64,000 bases of DNA, from contig NC_058135.1 of assembly GCF_016433145.1 (NCBI RefSeq), positions 275,136,214 to 275,200,213 on the forward strand, read 5' to 3'. A program made the position numbers and the translations under genes. Origin of the DNA: Gracilinanus agilis. Its lineage: Eukaryota. Below, in pieces: positions 11,970-24,719 of this stretch (position 1 is the stretch's first letter; every line of letters begins with the position of its first letter). The notes under the pieces are model-generated. The model was not told the DNA's origin, did not search any database, and saw nothing but the letters and a program-made list of their open reading frames with translations.

Positions 11970-14289
11970 GTATAGGCAATAGGGAGCAACTGACATTTTG
12001 TTTCATTTTTTAATCAGGACAATGAAATAGGACTATCTATCTATTTATTATTTATTGTCTTGGAATCTAGGTAAAAGAATGGATTTGGAAATGTAGGAGA
12101 TTGAATAGAGGAAGATCAGTTTGGAAGATTTTGCAATATTGCATGTAATGATCAAATACCCTAAGTGGGGTGGAGACTAGGTGAGTATTGAGGATATGTA
12201 AGAGACATTGTGAAGTATAAACAAAAGTATGTAACAACCCTTTAGCTGCATGAGGTGAAAGGAAGAGAAATGTAAAAAAAAAACAGATTTCAAGACTGGA
12301 GGACTGAGAAGAGAGGGGGTTGAGTTTAATAGAAATATGGATGTTCAAAATTGTTTGAGTTCTTGCCTATCATAAAACTCAATTAGTCATCTTCTGATTC
12401 ATCTTGGATCTAATACTTTTTGGTTTCCTATCTATGATAAAATGCAATTAGTCATACTTGATCATAGATGTATCTAATAAGAGATTTTGAACTCACAATC
12501 TCCTCAGCATGAAGTTCACTAACAAAACAATAAGTTAATAGTGCCAAGTAAACTCAGCTAGAAGATGATTCTTACCTTCTATTTGAGAGCACATATTTTT
12601 ATGCTTCAGAAATCACTACAATGATTATGAGAAAAAAGGAAGCTCAATGTACTCTCTTTATAAGACATCAATATGAGATCCCTATGCAGATGATCATCTC
12701 CTTTAGGTTACTTTACAAAAGGTATAGGAGGATTTTGAGGAATAGAATGATGAAGTTCTGTTCTTCTTCCTTTACCCTTTCAAAAGTATCTTCTTGAGGC
12801 AAATGGCAAGCATTTATGAAAAAACTGGAAAGGGTCAAAGGTTTAGTGTATTACCAGGTTGTGTGAAAAAAAGAACTTTTCAATAGTTTCAAACCTGAGA
12901 TCTGATATGAACCATTTATTATCAACCTCTAAGTAACTATGCTCACAATTTAGAATTTTATTTAATATTCCAGTATTAGAATACATGAAGATATTTCTTT
13001 CTGTACTATTTTATAAGAGAATAGAAAATATGTTTGATTTCTTTCTTATTTCAATGAATATTGAATCTTCAAATAACTAATGGAGTTTAGCAAAATAATT
13101 GAGAAAGTTTCGAAAGCTATGCTTGTGAAAGACAGAGAAAAATGGGCTGGCTGGGAGTACAATTAGCTGGATGCGGTACTGTTTGTTTATGTGAAGTTAT
13201 GAACAACTCATAAAGTCATCAAAGGAACATTTTGTGACACTGATGAAATTTCTATGTACCTGAAAGAAAAGAAAGGGGTAGAAGTGGATGGAAGAAGCAT
13301 ATTTGTACATCATATGAAAATGAATAAATAACCAATGAAAATTAATACAATATATTTATAAAGGAGGAAACACCTTTAACAATTAACCTATTATTTGGAC
13401 TTCTTTTGGATAATTGAGGCAATGATGCAACTAGCAAAGCTGATCTCAATGTTTTAATAATCTTTCATATCATATAGGACATAGGATAGTATTATGAGTC
13501 TATCAATTAGAAAATATTTACTGTTACTGCTATAACAAGATGTTGAGCATTTTGCTGAAGACAGGGATCTAAATACAATAGTGAAACAATAGTAATCAAA
13601 AAAGCAAAGTATTAGCTGATTAGATGGTAGAATTTTATTTGGAAAAGAACTTCAAAATTACTGGTTAAGTGTTCTTCATTTAGCAGCTTTTGTTTTTTTG
13701 TTTGCTTTTTTTTTAGTCAAGTCACTATTGTCTTGGCAAAGATACTAGAATAGTTTGTCATTTTTTTCTCTTGGTGGTCAAGTTAGGATGGGTTATAAAC
13801 AGAAATGTCTGACATTTTAACTCAAATTAATTAAATATTAATTTTACCTGATTAAAAAAAGTATTAATGCATAGTAATAAGTATGTTATCTATGGAGAAT
13901 ATGTGAAAAACCTGTGAATAAAAATTGATCAGTCTGAAAAGAATAACATCGGAAGGGATATGTTTGCCAGTGGTTATGGGAGTGGCTATACTGGTGAGAT
14001 CACAGGTATGGTAAGGTATTAAAATGAAAATAAATATGACATATTGGAAGAGTTAAGAATATATAACAGAGATTTTTCATGATAGCTTTGACTGTCATGA
14101 ATCAACTCATCCAAGTATATATTATTGCTATTTTTAGTAAAGAAATCATTCCTGTTTGAAAGTCTAATCTTCAACTCTTATTTCTTACCTCTCTAGGAGT
14201 AGAGACCACATTCAGAACGTTTTTCTGACTCACTCTACATTTCATTATGCTCTATAGGATTGAGTCCCCAATTCCCTTTATCAGGAGCC

Positions 14290-15234
14290 ATGCTGAACAC
14301 TGACTACAATAAGAGTTCTGTGACCACATTTATGCTCTTAGGATTCACAGATTATCCAGAACTCCAGGTACCACTTTTCCTGGTCTTCTTGGCCATGTAT
14401 GTCATCACAACCGTGGGAAACCTGGGCATGATCTTAATCATCAGAATTAACCCCAAATTTCATACCCCTATGTACTACTTCCTCAGTCATTTATCCTTTG
14501 TTGATTTTTGTTACTCCTCCATTGTCACACCCAAGTTGTTGGAGAATTTAGTTATGGATGATAAAAGTATTTTTTACTCCAGTTGCATGCTACAATATTT
14601 CTTGTCTTGTACTGCAGTGGTGACCGAGTCCTTCCTACTGGCTGTGATGGCCTATGACCGCTTTGTAGCAATTTGTAATCCTCTGCTCTACACAGTCATC
14701 ATGTCTCAGAGGCTTTGTGGCTTCCTGGTGGCTGCATCCTATCTCTGGGGCATGTTTGGGCCCTTTGTACTCCTTTGTTTTGCCCTACAATTAACCTTCA
14801 CTGGCTTTAATATCATCAACCATTTTTTCTGTGAATATACCGCTCTTATTTCCGTCTCCTCCTCTGATATCCATATCCCACATTTACTGCTTTTTGGTTT
14901 TGCAACATTCAATGAGGTGAGTACCCTCATCATCATTCTTGCCTCTTATGCTTTCATTTTTGTCACTGTCCTTAAGATGAATTCAGCGAGTGGAAGACGT
15001 AAAGCGTTTTCCACTTGTGCCTCTCACCTGACAGCCATCACCATCTTCCATGGGACCATCCTTTCCCTGTACTGTGTGCCCAATTCCAAGAACTCAAGGC
15101 ATACAGTCAAAGTTGCATCTGTCTTTTATACAGTGGTGAACCCCATGTTGAACCCCCTTATTTACAGCTTGAGGAACAAAGACGTGAAGGAGGCCTTCAG
15201 GAAACTGATATTCAGAAATACCTTTTCCCACTGA
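14290..15234 (+). CDS. OR5D14: olfactory receptor OR5D14-like (314 aa); the true start is ATG 14290, not the TTG at 14260
   Basis: [72 protein letters not shown] and TVVNPMLNP match recalled OR5D14. Kozak gccATG; NKS glycosylation site. Confidence 0.95.
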   Translation: MLNTDYNKSSVTTFMLLGFTDYPELQVPLFLVFLAMYVITTVGNLGMILIIRINPKFHTPMYYFLSHLSFVDFCYSSIVTPKLLENLVMDDKSIFYSSCMLQYFLSCTAVVTESFLLAVMAYDRFVAICNPLLYTVIMSQRLCGFLVAASYLWGMFGPFVLLCFALQLTFTGFNIINHFFCEYTALISVSSSDIHIPHLLLFGFATFNEVSTLIIILASYAFIFVTVLKMNSASGRRKAFSTCASHLTAITIFHGTILSLYCVPNSKNSRHTVKVASVFYTVVNPMLNPLIYSLRNKDVKEAFRKLIFRNTFSH

Positions 15235-15637
15235 CCATGCTTATTTCAATGTCACTAGATCATTAGAGGTTGGCAGTAAGGTTATACCTTACTGATTATT
15301 AAAATCTCATTTTATTACTGAGGTTCAGAAAGTTGAGAGAAAATAAAAAAAAAATTTGGTCTAGGCCAAAAAGCTAGATAATCATAATGAACAACCTAAA
15401 GATTTAAACTCCGGATTCTTAATTATGTGATATATCCTATTGTTTCTTACTTCATTTCTATACTTGGTATGTTAACAAAGAATAAATCAGTTGATTTGGC
15501 AACTGCTCTAGTAGTCTATATCCTACAATACATTGCTTCTCTTTTTGTATTGATGATATTGACATATTATTGATAATTTAGTTTTCCATGGAATGGATTG
15601 AGTCAAAGAAAAAGCTTGATTTGGACAATGATTCCAT

Positions 15638-15870
15638 AGGCAGCTAGGTGGTTCAGTGGATAGAGGGCAGGGCTCCTCCTATGGAGTTCAAGTCTTGTCT
15701 CAGATACTTACTGGCTATGTGGCCCTGGCCAAGTCACATAACAGTTTGCCTTAGTTCTTCATCTATAAGACTGGTTGGAGAAGGAGATGGCAAACTAATC
15801 CAGTGTCTTTTCCAAGAATATTCCCAATGAGGTCATGAGGAATCAGACATGAGTGAAAAATAACTAAAAA
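15638..15870 (+). mobile_element. MAR1-type SINE (MIR core plus RTE tail)
   Basis: GGCAGCTAGGTGGTTCAGTGGATAGAG head and GGAGAAGGAGATGGCAAACTAATCCAGTGTC tail. Confidence 0.75.
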
Positions 15871-18800
15871 TTCACAGGATTCTGAAATTGTATCAGCTAT
15901 TAGAGTTGTCCCTGAAACAAATTAATACGAGTCAGCTCCATGCAAAACCAAACAAGTTTGTGTTACATCAGTATGTTAAAAGAAACAGAAAAATAATTTT
16001 ATGCAACATTAATTTAAATTTACTTTTTTAATTACTAATCATGGATTTTCTTCCCTCACAACTACTCTCTGAATTAAAAAGAACAACACATGCACATAAT
16101 AAAAGAAAAAAAATTGTCTTGTAAAATATGCTTTTCGTAAGGCAAATTGAAATTCAACATTGTGGAAATATATTTTGCATTATTTCACATGTATAATTGA
16201 TATCATATTGAAGGTCTTTTTTATAGGTGGATGAGGTATTGAAGGGGAATAGAATTTGGAATTTAATTTAAAAAACAAAAATGCATATTAAGTATTTTTA
16301 AAATGTTTCAGTCTCCATATTTAGTATATCACTACTTACAGGAAATGAATAGCAAGCTTCATCATTAATGCTCTGGATTTGAGGTTGGTCATTGAATTCA
16401 TTAAAATTGTTAAGTCGCAAATGTATTTATCTTTGCAATGCTATTTTATTTGTTTTCTTTACTCTTTTGATTGTTATAATGTGAAAAATCAGGATTACTT
16501 TAAATCATATTACTCTAAATATTAGTGATTTGGATCATTTTGTATCATCTCATATGTTTATTGATAGCATAGATTTATTTTTATCAGCTGTCTATTCACT
16601 TCATTTGACCATTTATCAGCTTGGAAATGTCATTTGCTCCAATATATTTTAACAAAATGTAACATTTTGAAAGTGATATTTATAAAGAAAACTTACTGAG
16701 AAGAGTTTTATCCCAATTAATTGTTTCCATTCTATGTTTAGTTGCATTTAGTTTTGTTTGAGCAATTCATGGTGTGAGAAATGATTGAAATGTCTGAACA
16801 AAAAAATGACAGCCTGATTATGTGTGAGGGGCTTTTCATATGGGAATCCTTTATAGCAACGAAATCACAGGTCCAGTCATCCCTATTATCCTATTACTAT
16901 CTATTCTACCATATTATTAATGAGTATTGTGAATTTTAAATAATGGGAAATTTAAATGAAAAAGATTGAATTAAAGGGCAAAATAATGTTTAACTCTAGG
17001 CTGAATGAAAAATTAAATTTAGTGAGTAGGTGAGTGACATACTCAATCCTGCAACTTAGCAAACTTACTTATTACTTCCATCTGTTACTATTCTCCCCAT
17101 TTTTCAAAACAAAACAAAAAGTAACAACAAACACTTATTCTTGTTTTATTCCTCTTCTTATCTACATTAATCTCTCTTCCATCCTTCCTCATTTCTCTTC
17201 TTTCTCAGCCCTTTGGAATCTATAGATCCCATCATTCAACTGTTACCCCTAAACTTACCAGTGTTCTTTGTAACATATCATCCCACAAGCTACCTTGTAT
17301 TTAAATTTTTTAATGCACTTATATCTATTAATTTTATATTTATGTCATGTGTACTCATAATAACATTGTTTCTCTGCCAATGGAATATAATTTCTTTGTG
17401 AACAGGAATTGTTTCCTTCCCTATGCTCCTAATTACAAAATGAATTCTAACCATATGGACCTGCTTGAGCTTCCATATTTTTCCCCAAAACATTTATGCT
17501 TTTTTGGAAAAACTTAAACTTTGGAATACTAACCCATGAACTGAGCCCTTATCTGGATGTTCTAACTGATTCTGGACTTGGAACAATCTAAGGAACCTTT
17601 TCTGATAAGACAATCATTTTTATTGATCAAGAGAAGCTCCAGAGATTTCCAGATAAAATAAATCATCATCCTAAGTCCCCAGGACTCCAAAATCACTCGA
17701 AGGATTTTATTTCAAGTCCATATCAAGAATTTGCTGTCACATTCTTTCTCTTAAGCTATGATATTTTTCTTTTTTCTTCCTCATTTTGATGCAATAAAAA
17801 GTTATCTAATTCTTGTATCTAATGGATTTCTCTATTTAGGAGAAGAGTTCTGCATGCATACTTTCTGCTGTGAAGAATAAAGTAAACATGTCTTTTGCTT
17901 CTCCCTCAGTTTGTGGTGTCTTTTCCTCACTCAGTTTCACTCCTATCCCAGTGTGATCAGACACCAGGGAAGGCAGTAGGTTGACAAATTATTATGCCTA
18001 CTACCAAACTTTAGGCTCAGCACAAATTATATAATTATAAATATTTGTATAATATTGATGACTATATGATTGAGCAAATGAAGTATGTCCAAAGTTAGCT
18101 GACTTGCAATGACATTATTAAAAAGTCCACAGATATTAATGATATTCTGTTTTGTCTATATGTTTCTAAGCATCAGGAACTGCCCTTTCTACTCTCACTT
18201 CCCCCTTTGTGTGTCAAATCCTTAGTAAGTGAGGACTGGGGTCAGGAATTTGCTTTTCATGAGCAAATGGTGGCACTAGCAAAATTTCCATTTGAAGTTG
18301 AGTGATTATAACTTGAAAAACGTCTTTAAACCAATGACTGTAAGTGAAGAATATACAGTTCAAGCAAACCCAGTCTGGGTTGTGTTTACATTACAAAGCC
18401 TTTTGCCAACATGAACTAGACACTGGATATTTTTCTGGGCTAGAGGTTTATATTTGGGCTGAAGAAACCACAATTGCTCCAGGCTCACATGTATATCACA
18501 AACAACATATTATATATATATGTATATTATAATAAAATGTATTATTGCCTTGAAGTAATTGAAAAACAATTTTATCAACTCTAGACCATTGAAGTAAGCA
18601 GGAGTTAGACTGTAATTGTATAAATCTTCTTTCTTTCTTACTTACTTACTTCTTAGCCAAAGTCTTTCAGAATTCACACAGTGTCAAACAGCTAGTAAGT
18701 TGTCTGAATCTGGATCTGAAATCAGGTCTTCCTAACTCCAGTCCCAGGACATTCTGTCCACTGGGCAGTTTAGCTACCCCAGATTTATCTGCAATTTAAT

Positions 18801-19462
18801 GTCTTAGATGTCAAGAGGATTGAGAAGTTAAATGAATTCCCAGTCAATATTTTCCAAAATTAGGATTTGGACCCCAATTTGACTAGCTCAGAGACTAATA
18901 CTCTATCCAGCATGCCATGTTGCCTCTTTTGTCATAGTAACATGAACACAGAGTCATGTATTGGCATTCCATGCTAACATGATATTGATGATAATACTCA
19001 TTGGACATCATGATAAAAAATGAAGATCATATCTATAGATGATTTCTAAGATCCATTCTAGCTCTCAGGATTTGGTGTCATCATCAGCTGACTCTGGAAG
19101 TCAGGCCATATAACAAAAAGAATATTCACCTAGGAAACAAGACACATGGGTTTGGATTCTGGCCTGAATACTTACTAGCTCTGTGACCTTAGACAAGTAA
19201 CATGAGTCACAAAGATCAGATTCTTCATCTCTTCTTCTCCATCCACAATGGACAAAAATAATTTCAGACCTGTCAGTAATAAGATCATTATAAAAATCAA
19301 CAAGACAATGAATTTCTGGGACTTTGGGTAGCATAAATATGTATAATCATTAAGGAATTATTAAGATGCAAGTAAAAATATATTAAAAGTAACTTTCCTC
19401 TTCTTCCTCTTTCTAAGTCAGTGTCCCTTTTGACTTTAATTCCATCAAGATGATCTGAATGA

Positions 19463-19672
19463 AGAGGCAGCTGAGTGGCTCAGTAGCTCAGTGGACTGAG
19501 AGCCAGGCCTAGACCCAGGGGATCCTGGTTCAAATCTGGCCTCAGTTACTTCCTAGCTGTGTGACCCTGAGGGAGTCATTTGACCCCCATTGCCTAGCCC
19601 TTACCACTATTCTGTCTTGGAACTGATACACAGAACTGATTCTAAGATAGAAGGTAAGGGTTTAAAAAAAAA
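19463..19672 (+). mobile_element. SINE1_Mdo-type SINE
   Basis: Head GAGGCAGCTGAG...CAGTGGACTGAGAGCCAGGCCTAG, tail GAAGGTAAGGGTTTAAAAAAA, short TSD AAGATGA. Absent from the paralogous region at 34500. Confidence 0.85.
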
Positions 19673-19699
19673 GATGACCCGAGAAACAAGACATTCCTT

Positions 19700-19858
19700 T
19701 TAATTGCTTTTCTGTGACATGTGGAGAATAATGAAGTAGAGAGTAGATTCTCCAGGGTGTATCCCTGGAGGACACTGCAGATATAAGATCCTCAGTATCA
19801 TGAATACATACAACTTTAAGAGCGAGGAGAGTAGTTTGGATCCATTCAGAAGGTAGGT
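19700..19858 (+). promoter_or_regulatory. candidate promoter and non-coding exon 1 of the OR at 24720
   Basis: TAATTG (19701), TAATGA (19729-34), inverted pair of O/E-like sites CTCCAGGG/CCCTGGAG (19750-70), donor CAGAAG|GTAGGT (GT 19853). Homologous to 34539-34696. Confidence 0.65.
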
Positions 19859-22199
19859 TTGCTTACAATGGAGTTGTTTAAATCTTCATGTAAAATGTTC
19901 TAGTTTGTTTTTTAAAGCAAATATGAAATGAAATTGAAATGTCTACTTCTTTCCTCTTGACATTTTTTCTAGAACTTTCTCTTACTTAAAAAGTCTAGCA
20001 ACTATGTAGCTCACTCCTATTCAGAACCCTGGCAAGATTTGTCTAGAAACAGGACCAATAGGGAAAATATGTAATGGACTGAGTTCCTAACTTCATGATC
20101 TTTGTTAAGTCATTTGCCTCTAGGTGCCTTCATTTCTTCATCTGTAAATAGAAGACATAGAACAGATGATTTCTAAATTTCTTTCACCTCTAAATCCCAC
20201 GTTTTTTTAATATATTTCCAGGATCATTGAAGTAAAGATTAAAATATGGATACATTAAAGATCTCAGAATTGCAACAGAAATGTATTTCTTTCCTGAATC
20301 TTAGTAATTTAAAGAAGGGAAGATATATATGAATAATGGCTAGACTAGGCCAGGAGATGGGCTACATAACTGGGTTTCCTGATTTGTGTGATTTTGCTCC
20401 TCCTTTCAAAGAAAACAGGCTGTTGTTCATCACAGGACGGCTGAAGACAACTCATTGACTCCAAAACATTCAATTAAAGCCTATAGTTTCAGATTCAATA
20501 GGAAGGTATTATAGAATAGAAGGGAAATTTGGATGTCTCTCAAATGACATTATCCACTGGAATTAACTGTTTTTGGAGGTAAGACCTGGAAACTTCTATG
20601 TGACATTAAGCAACAACCTAGAATACTGGGAACACTCATCTGGATTTCAGATGATTTTATTTATAGCAAGTGGATTCTTCCTGGAGTGAATCCTTTCCTT
20701 CCATCTACAACAAAATTTCCTGTTTTCAACAAGAAATGAACATTAGGTTATTTATAAAACTCATTCCCAGATCACAAAGTATGTCTAAATTTTTGATGTG
20801 AATGTAAAAGTCTTGAATGCTGGGCCAGTTTTGGTTTTGTCTTTGCACCTCCAGGGTTGGGTGTAATGCAGACCATGTAATATGGCTTAATAAAGGTCAG
20901 TTGAATTGAAAGGCTCTTAGAAGAGCTTTTGAACCATATCTAGTTTTTTGAATTGTGTAAATATATAGCTTCTTGGTTATGTTCTTGTGATTAGATTGAG
21001 TAGGAGCCTAGCTAAATATCATTTAAGAAGTATAGAAGTCAGTAACCTTGGTATGACAGAACATTAGTTCAAAAAAAGAGAAGGGATAGAGCTCCTGGAC
21101 TAGATAACTAGAAGGGCTCACAGAGGAGTAAGCTGTAGTCCACAGAGGTAGAAGTATTTGCCTGAGATTTCATGGCCCATCACCATTCTGGGACCACAAC
21201 AAGTGTATCATGCTTAAGATCATGTAAATTTAAGAAAGGCAGGGAATTAGAAAATGTCTCATCCAACTCTTTTTACAATTGAGAAAACTAAGTCCTAGAG
21301 AATTATATTCCTCATACAAGGGATACAGTCACATAGGTAACATGTGAGAAAGCTGGTATTCTTTGCCTCAAATGTAGTACTTGCTTCCAGTTAAATAATA
21401 ATTCCTGGTTGAATTTCAATTAAATAGAAGTTTCAGGATATGAACCTTGCTCTTCCTGATCCAAATACTGTGAGTGTTCTTCACTAGGCCACATGTCCAA
21501 AAAAATGATTGAGCAGAGATTCTGCCAATGAAAGAAGGATGTGTACTAGGAGTTAACTAGTTAACTAGTAACTAAACAAAGGTATCTAAAAGCAAAACTT
21601 TAAGAGTATTTTCTCCCAAGATGGGCTCTATCCTGCTTCTATAGGCTTAGAATGGACTTCCAGTATATACTTTATTTATTAGTAACATTATTACAGTTTT
21701 GTACAGTGGAATGAGCACTGGCTTTAGAGTCAGAGGACTTTGGTGACAACACAACATCCAACACCACCTGTGTTGTCACAAGGAACAAGTCTTCTAACAT
21801 ACTCAGCTCCTTTTTTTCAACTGTAAAATGAGGTAGTTCAACTAGATGTTCTCTGAGCACCCTTATTGCTTATGATTTAAATCAATTTTATTACCCCCAG
21901 GATACTTGGCCATAGATAATACTGCTTCATCTATCAGTCAAGGAGAACTCAGGAAGAAACCTTATTCATTAGGCTACAGCCCTGGGAATGAACTCTACCA
22001 CCCAACTTGTCAGTGTCAGTAAAGGAAGAAAGTCATTCATTCTTTTTATCATTCATTTAATATATAAACATTATGTTCTAAACAACTCTGTGAGAATCAC
22101 TGATCAAATCAGTTCAGAATAAAACTAGAAAAAATCTCCTTTGGATCCTATGAAAATTTTGTTCTACTAGAGATAAATAGATAACAGAACTTGTTTTTA

Positions 22200-22312
22200 T
22201 TTTTATTTTTTTGTTTTTTACCTTTACCTTTTGTCTTGGAATTAATGCTAAGAATCAGTTCCAAAGCAAAAGAATGGTGAGGGCTAAGCAATTTGGGTTA
22301 AGGGACTTGCTC
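22200..22312 (-). mobile_element. truncated SINE1_Mdo-type SINE (3' half)
   Basis: TTTTTACCTTTACCTTTTGTCTTGGAATTAATG...GGGTTAAGGGACTTGC matches the reverse complement of the SINE 3' half. Confidence 0.65.
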
Positions 22313-22339
22313 ATCTAAGGACATTCAAAGAAGTCCGGG

Positions 22340-22664
22340 TGTGATAAACCTCAGATCAGATCTAAGGGCTCCAAGTGTGATTGTCCTGAAGGAATTTCAG
22401 AGATCCCAGAGCCAGGGTGGAGAGTGGGTTTGCAGATCCAGAGCCTGGGTCTACTGGAGGGGAAGTACCCAAGTCTGAGAATGGGGAAAATGCACCCATC
22501 TGCTGTGTTTGCATCAAGCCTGACCTGGACTCCTTTGAATGTCCTTAGATGTCAATTATTCCTTCTCCTTGATGCCTCTCACAAGCACTCTTCACTGTTG
22601 AAATCCATTTAAACCCTGCACTTTCTGCCCCTCTTCAGCATTCCTGTACTCTGGTGTTATCACA
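22340..22664. mobile_element. probable solo LTR
   Basis: Termini TGTGATAA...TTATCACA form a perfect 8-bp inverted pair with TG/CA ends. GC-richer interior; no TSD found. Confidence 0.5.
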
Positions 22665-22858
22665 ACACCTTGAATTACAACTCCCTTACCTTGATTAAAG
22701 ACCCTTAATAATTATATATATATATACGTATATATATATATATATGAAGTATTTTAAATGCTCTGCTCTAAAAAATATTCATAAACCTGCATGACAAAGA
22801 TCAGAGGCATGTGTACTGAAAGTAAGTAAAGATTAAAAAAGTTTTGAATATACTAGAG

Positions 22859-23271
22859 CAGTGATGATGAACCTATGGCACAGGCGCCAGAGATGGCACA
22901 CAGAACACTCTCTGTGGGCACTTAGCTGCCTCTCCCATCCTCTCCAGAGTTTATTACTAGAAAGGAAGAGGGACTTGAGTGGAGTTGCTCCCTTCCCTAC
23001 TCTCCACCAAGCCTGATGACATTTTTTCACATCAGATGACCCTCTGTCAAGCAGCCCAATGGGATTGCACAGGAGGTAAGGTGGGTGGCTCACAAGCAGC
23101 AGAACTAGAACTCTCAGGCTACCCCCATCACCCTCTCTACACTCACTTATGGCATTCCTCATTCCAGCCACCCCTCTGCCTTGCAGTCTAATGGGATCAC
23201 TTCTTCCCTCCCCTATGTGAGTTAAGGGGCATGGGGGTAGCACTCCATCTCTAAAAGATTCGCCATCAGTC
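22859..23271. mobile_element. non-autonomous hAT element (hAT1-like TIR)
   Basis: Left end CAGTGATGATGAACCTATGGCAC, right end AGATTCGCCATCAGTC; perfect 8-bp TSD TACTAGAG. Confidence 0.88.
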
Positions 23272-24719
23272 TACTAGAGCATTGGTCTGAGCCTAATAAA
23301 AACAAAAAAAATCAACCTGCATTTATAAATTGCCTACTAGTTAAAAATGTAGCATACTAGTAAACATGGAGAGAGGGATAAAATGGCACAGATAGAAACA
23401 ACAACAAAAGAAATAAACAAACAATTGCTTCTTTCAAGCATTTTACATTTTATTGGGGAATAGAAAATGTGCATGTTTTTAAAGAACATATAGTAAATAA
23501 ATAAATGCAAGCTGCTTTAAGCATAAGGAATGAGTATCTGAGATTCACAAGAAAGATCTCATGTATGAGATAGACTTGCATCTCTGTTTTGAAGAAAACT
23601 ATTCTAAGAGGCAGAGGTGAGTAGGAAACATGTTGTAGTCATGCACAATATTAAAATTAAAACCTTTGTTCTCAAATATGAAGGGAAAGAAAGTTTGTAA
23701 AAATGGTACTCCCTCTCTGACCAATTTCCTAAATTCACAAGAAGGGGAGATGTCCCTTTAGATAACTGGATAGTCACCATTCAATCTTATACCAGTCTTC
23801 TACCTTGGTGGAAAGTAAGAAATACCATTTTTAAACCAGAGCTATTTCATATTCTTGAGGAATTCTACCATGAACTGAAACCTCTATGTCTGTTGATAAC
23901 CTACATGAATTCATTCTTCAAGGATTAACAAACTCCCACTTGGTCATTTATTCCTCATCCCATTGGTCCTTCAACCTTCACTGTGAGCTTCCTATTTTCA
24001 TCTTCTTCCTCTGAATAGCTTCAGTATCACACTCTAATTACACTCATTCCTTCCAGTGTGCTTTCTGGAATGTATTTTTTCATAAGAAATAATTTTATTT
24101 CATTTTAATTGTGTTTTTAACACACCATTACTTTATCTCCTCCTTTGAAGCTTACTTAAACCATATCTATCATCCAGTTGAAATTCTGGTAACAGTTGTC
24201 ATCATTGGTGTTGTTGCACAGTAGGAAAAAAAAGAAACAATGGTTAAAAACTGAAAAGAGGTAATATAAAGTTGGGAGATAGGTGTCATGTTAAAATTTA
24301 GAGCAATCCCAAAGTAAAGTGGAATGCAATGGGAAGAAGTAGATTCTCCCTCACTGGATGTTACTAAGAAAAAGATAACTGACACTTCTTAGATGTGTCA
24401 AAAATAGTCTTTTGAACTAGAGTTTGGATGTAATGTTCTTTGATTGCATTTCACAGTGAAAATATTTCAGTCTTTTATTTGGATTTTATTATCCAGTTAA
24501 TAGTAGAATAGAGACCCCAATCAACATTTATAAGTCTTCCCATGGTCTTCAAAATATCTAGATTTCCATTAGGCTCTCTAATCCTTTAAAATGGAAGATT
24601 TAACATTTTTTCTTTTCTTTTTACTTCATATCATTAATGTGTACCATAGTACTATGTTTAATATTAATTTTAAAAATTGTTTTCCGGGCTGACTTTGTGT
24701 TTCTTTTTTCCAGAATGAC

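Noticed and set aside
14260-14289. N-terminal extension [10 protein letters not shown] from the ORF track
   Set aside because: It starts at TTG and overlaps a splice acceptor tract. ATG 14290 has good Kozak context and the expected spacing to the N-glycosylation site.
20733-20752. AAATGAACATTAGGT match to the OR5L exon donor motif (28588, 47066)
   Set aside because: The surrounding sequence shows no collinear homology, and a match of about 15 nt in AT-rich DNA can arise by chance.
22833-23243. 136-aa minus-strand ORF as a transposase or novel gene
   Set aside because: It lies within a 413-bp non-autonomous hAT element and has no transposase motifs.
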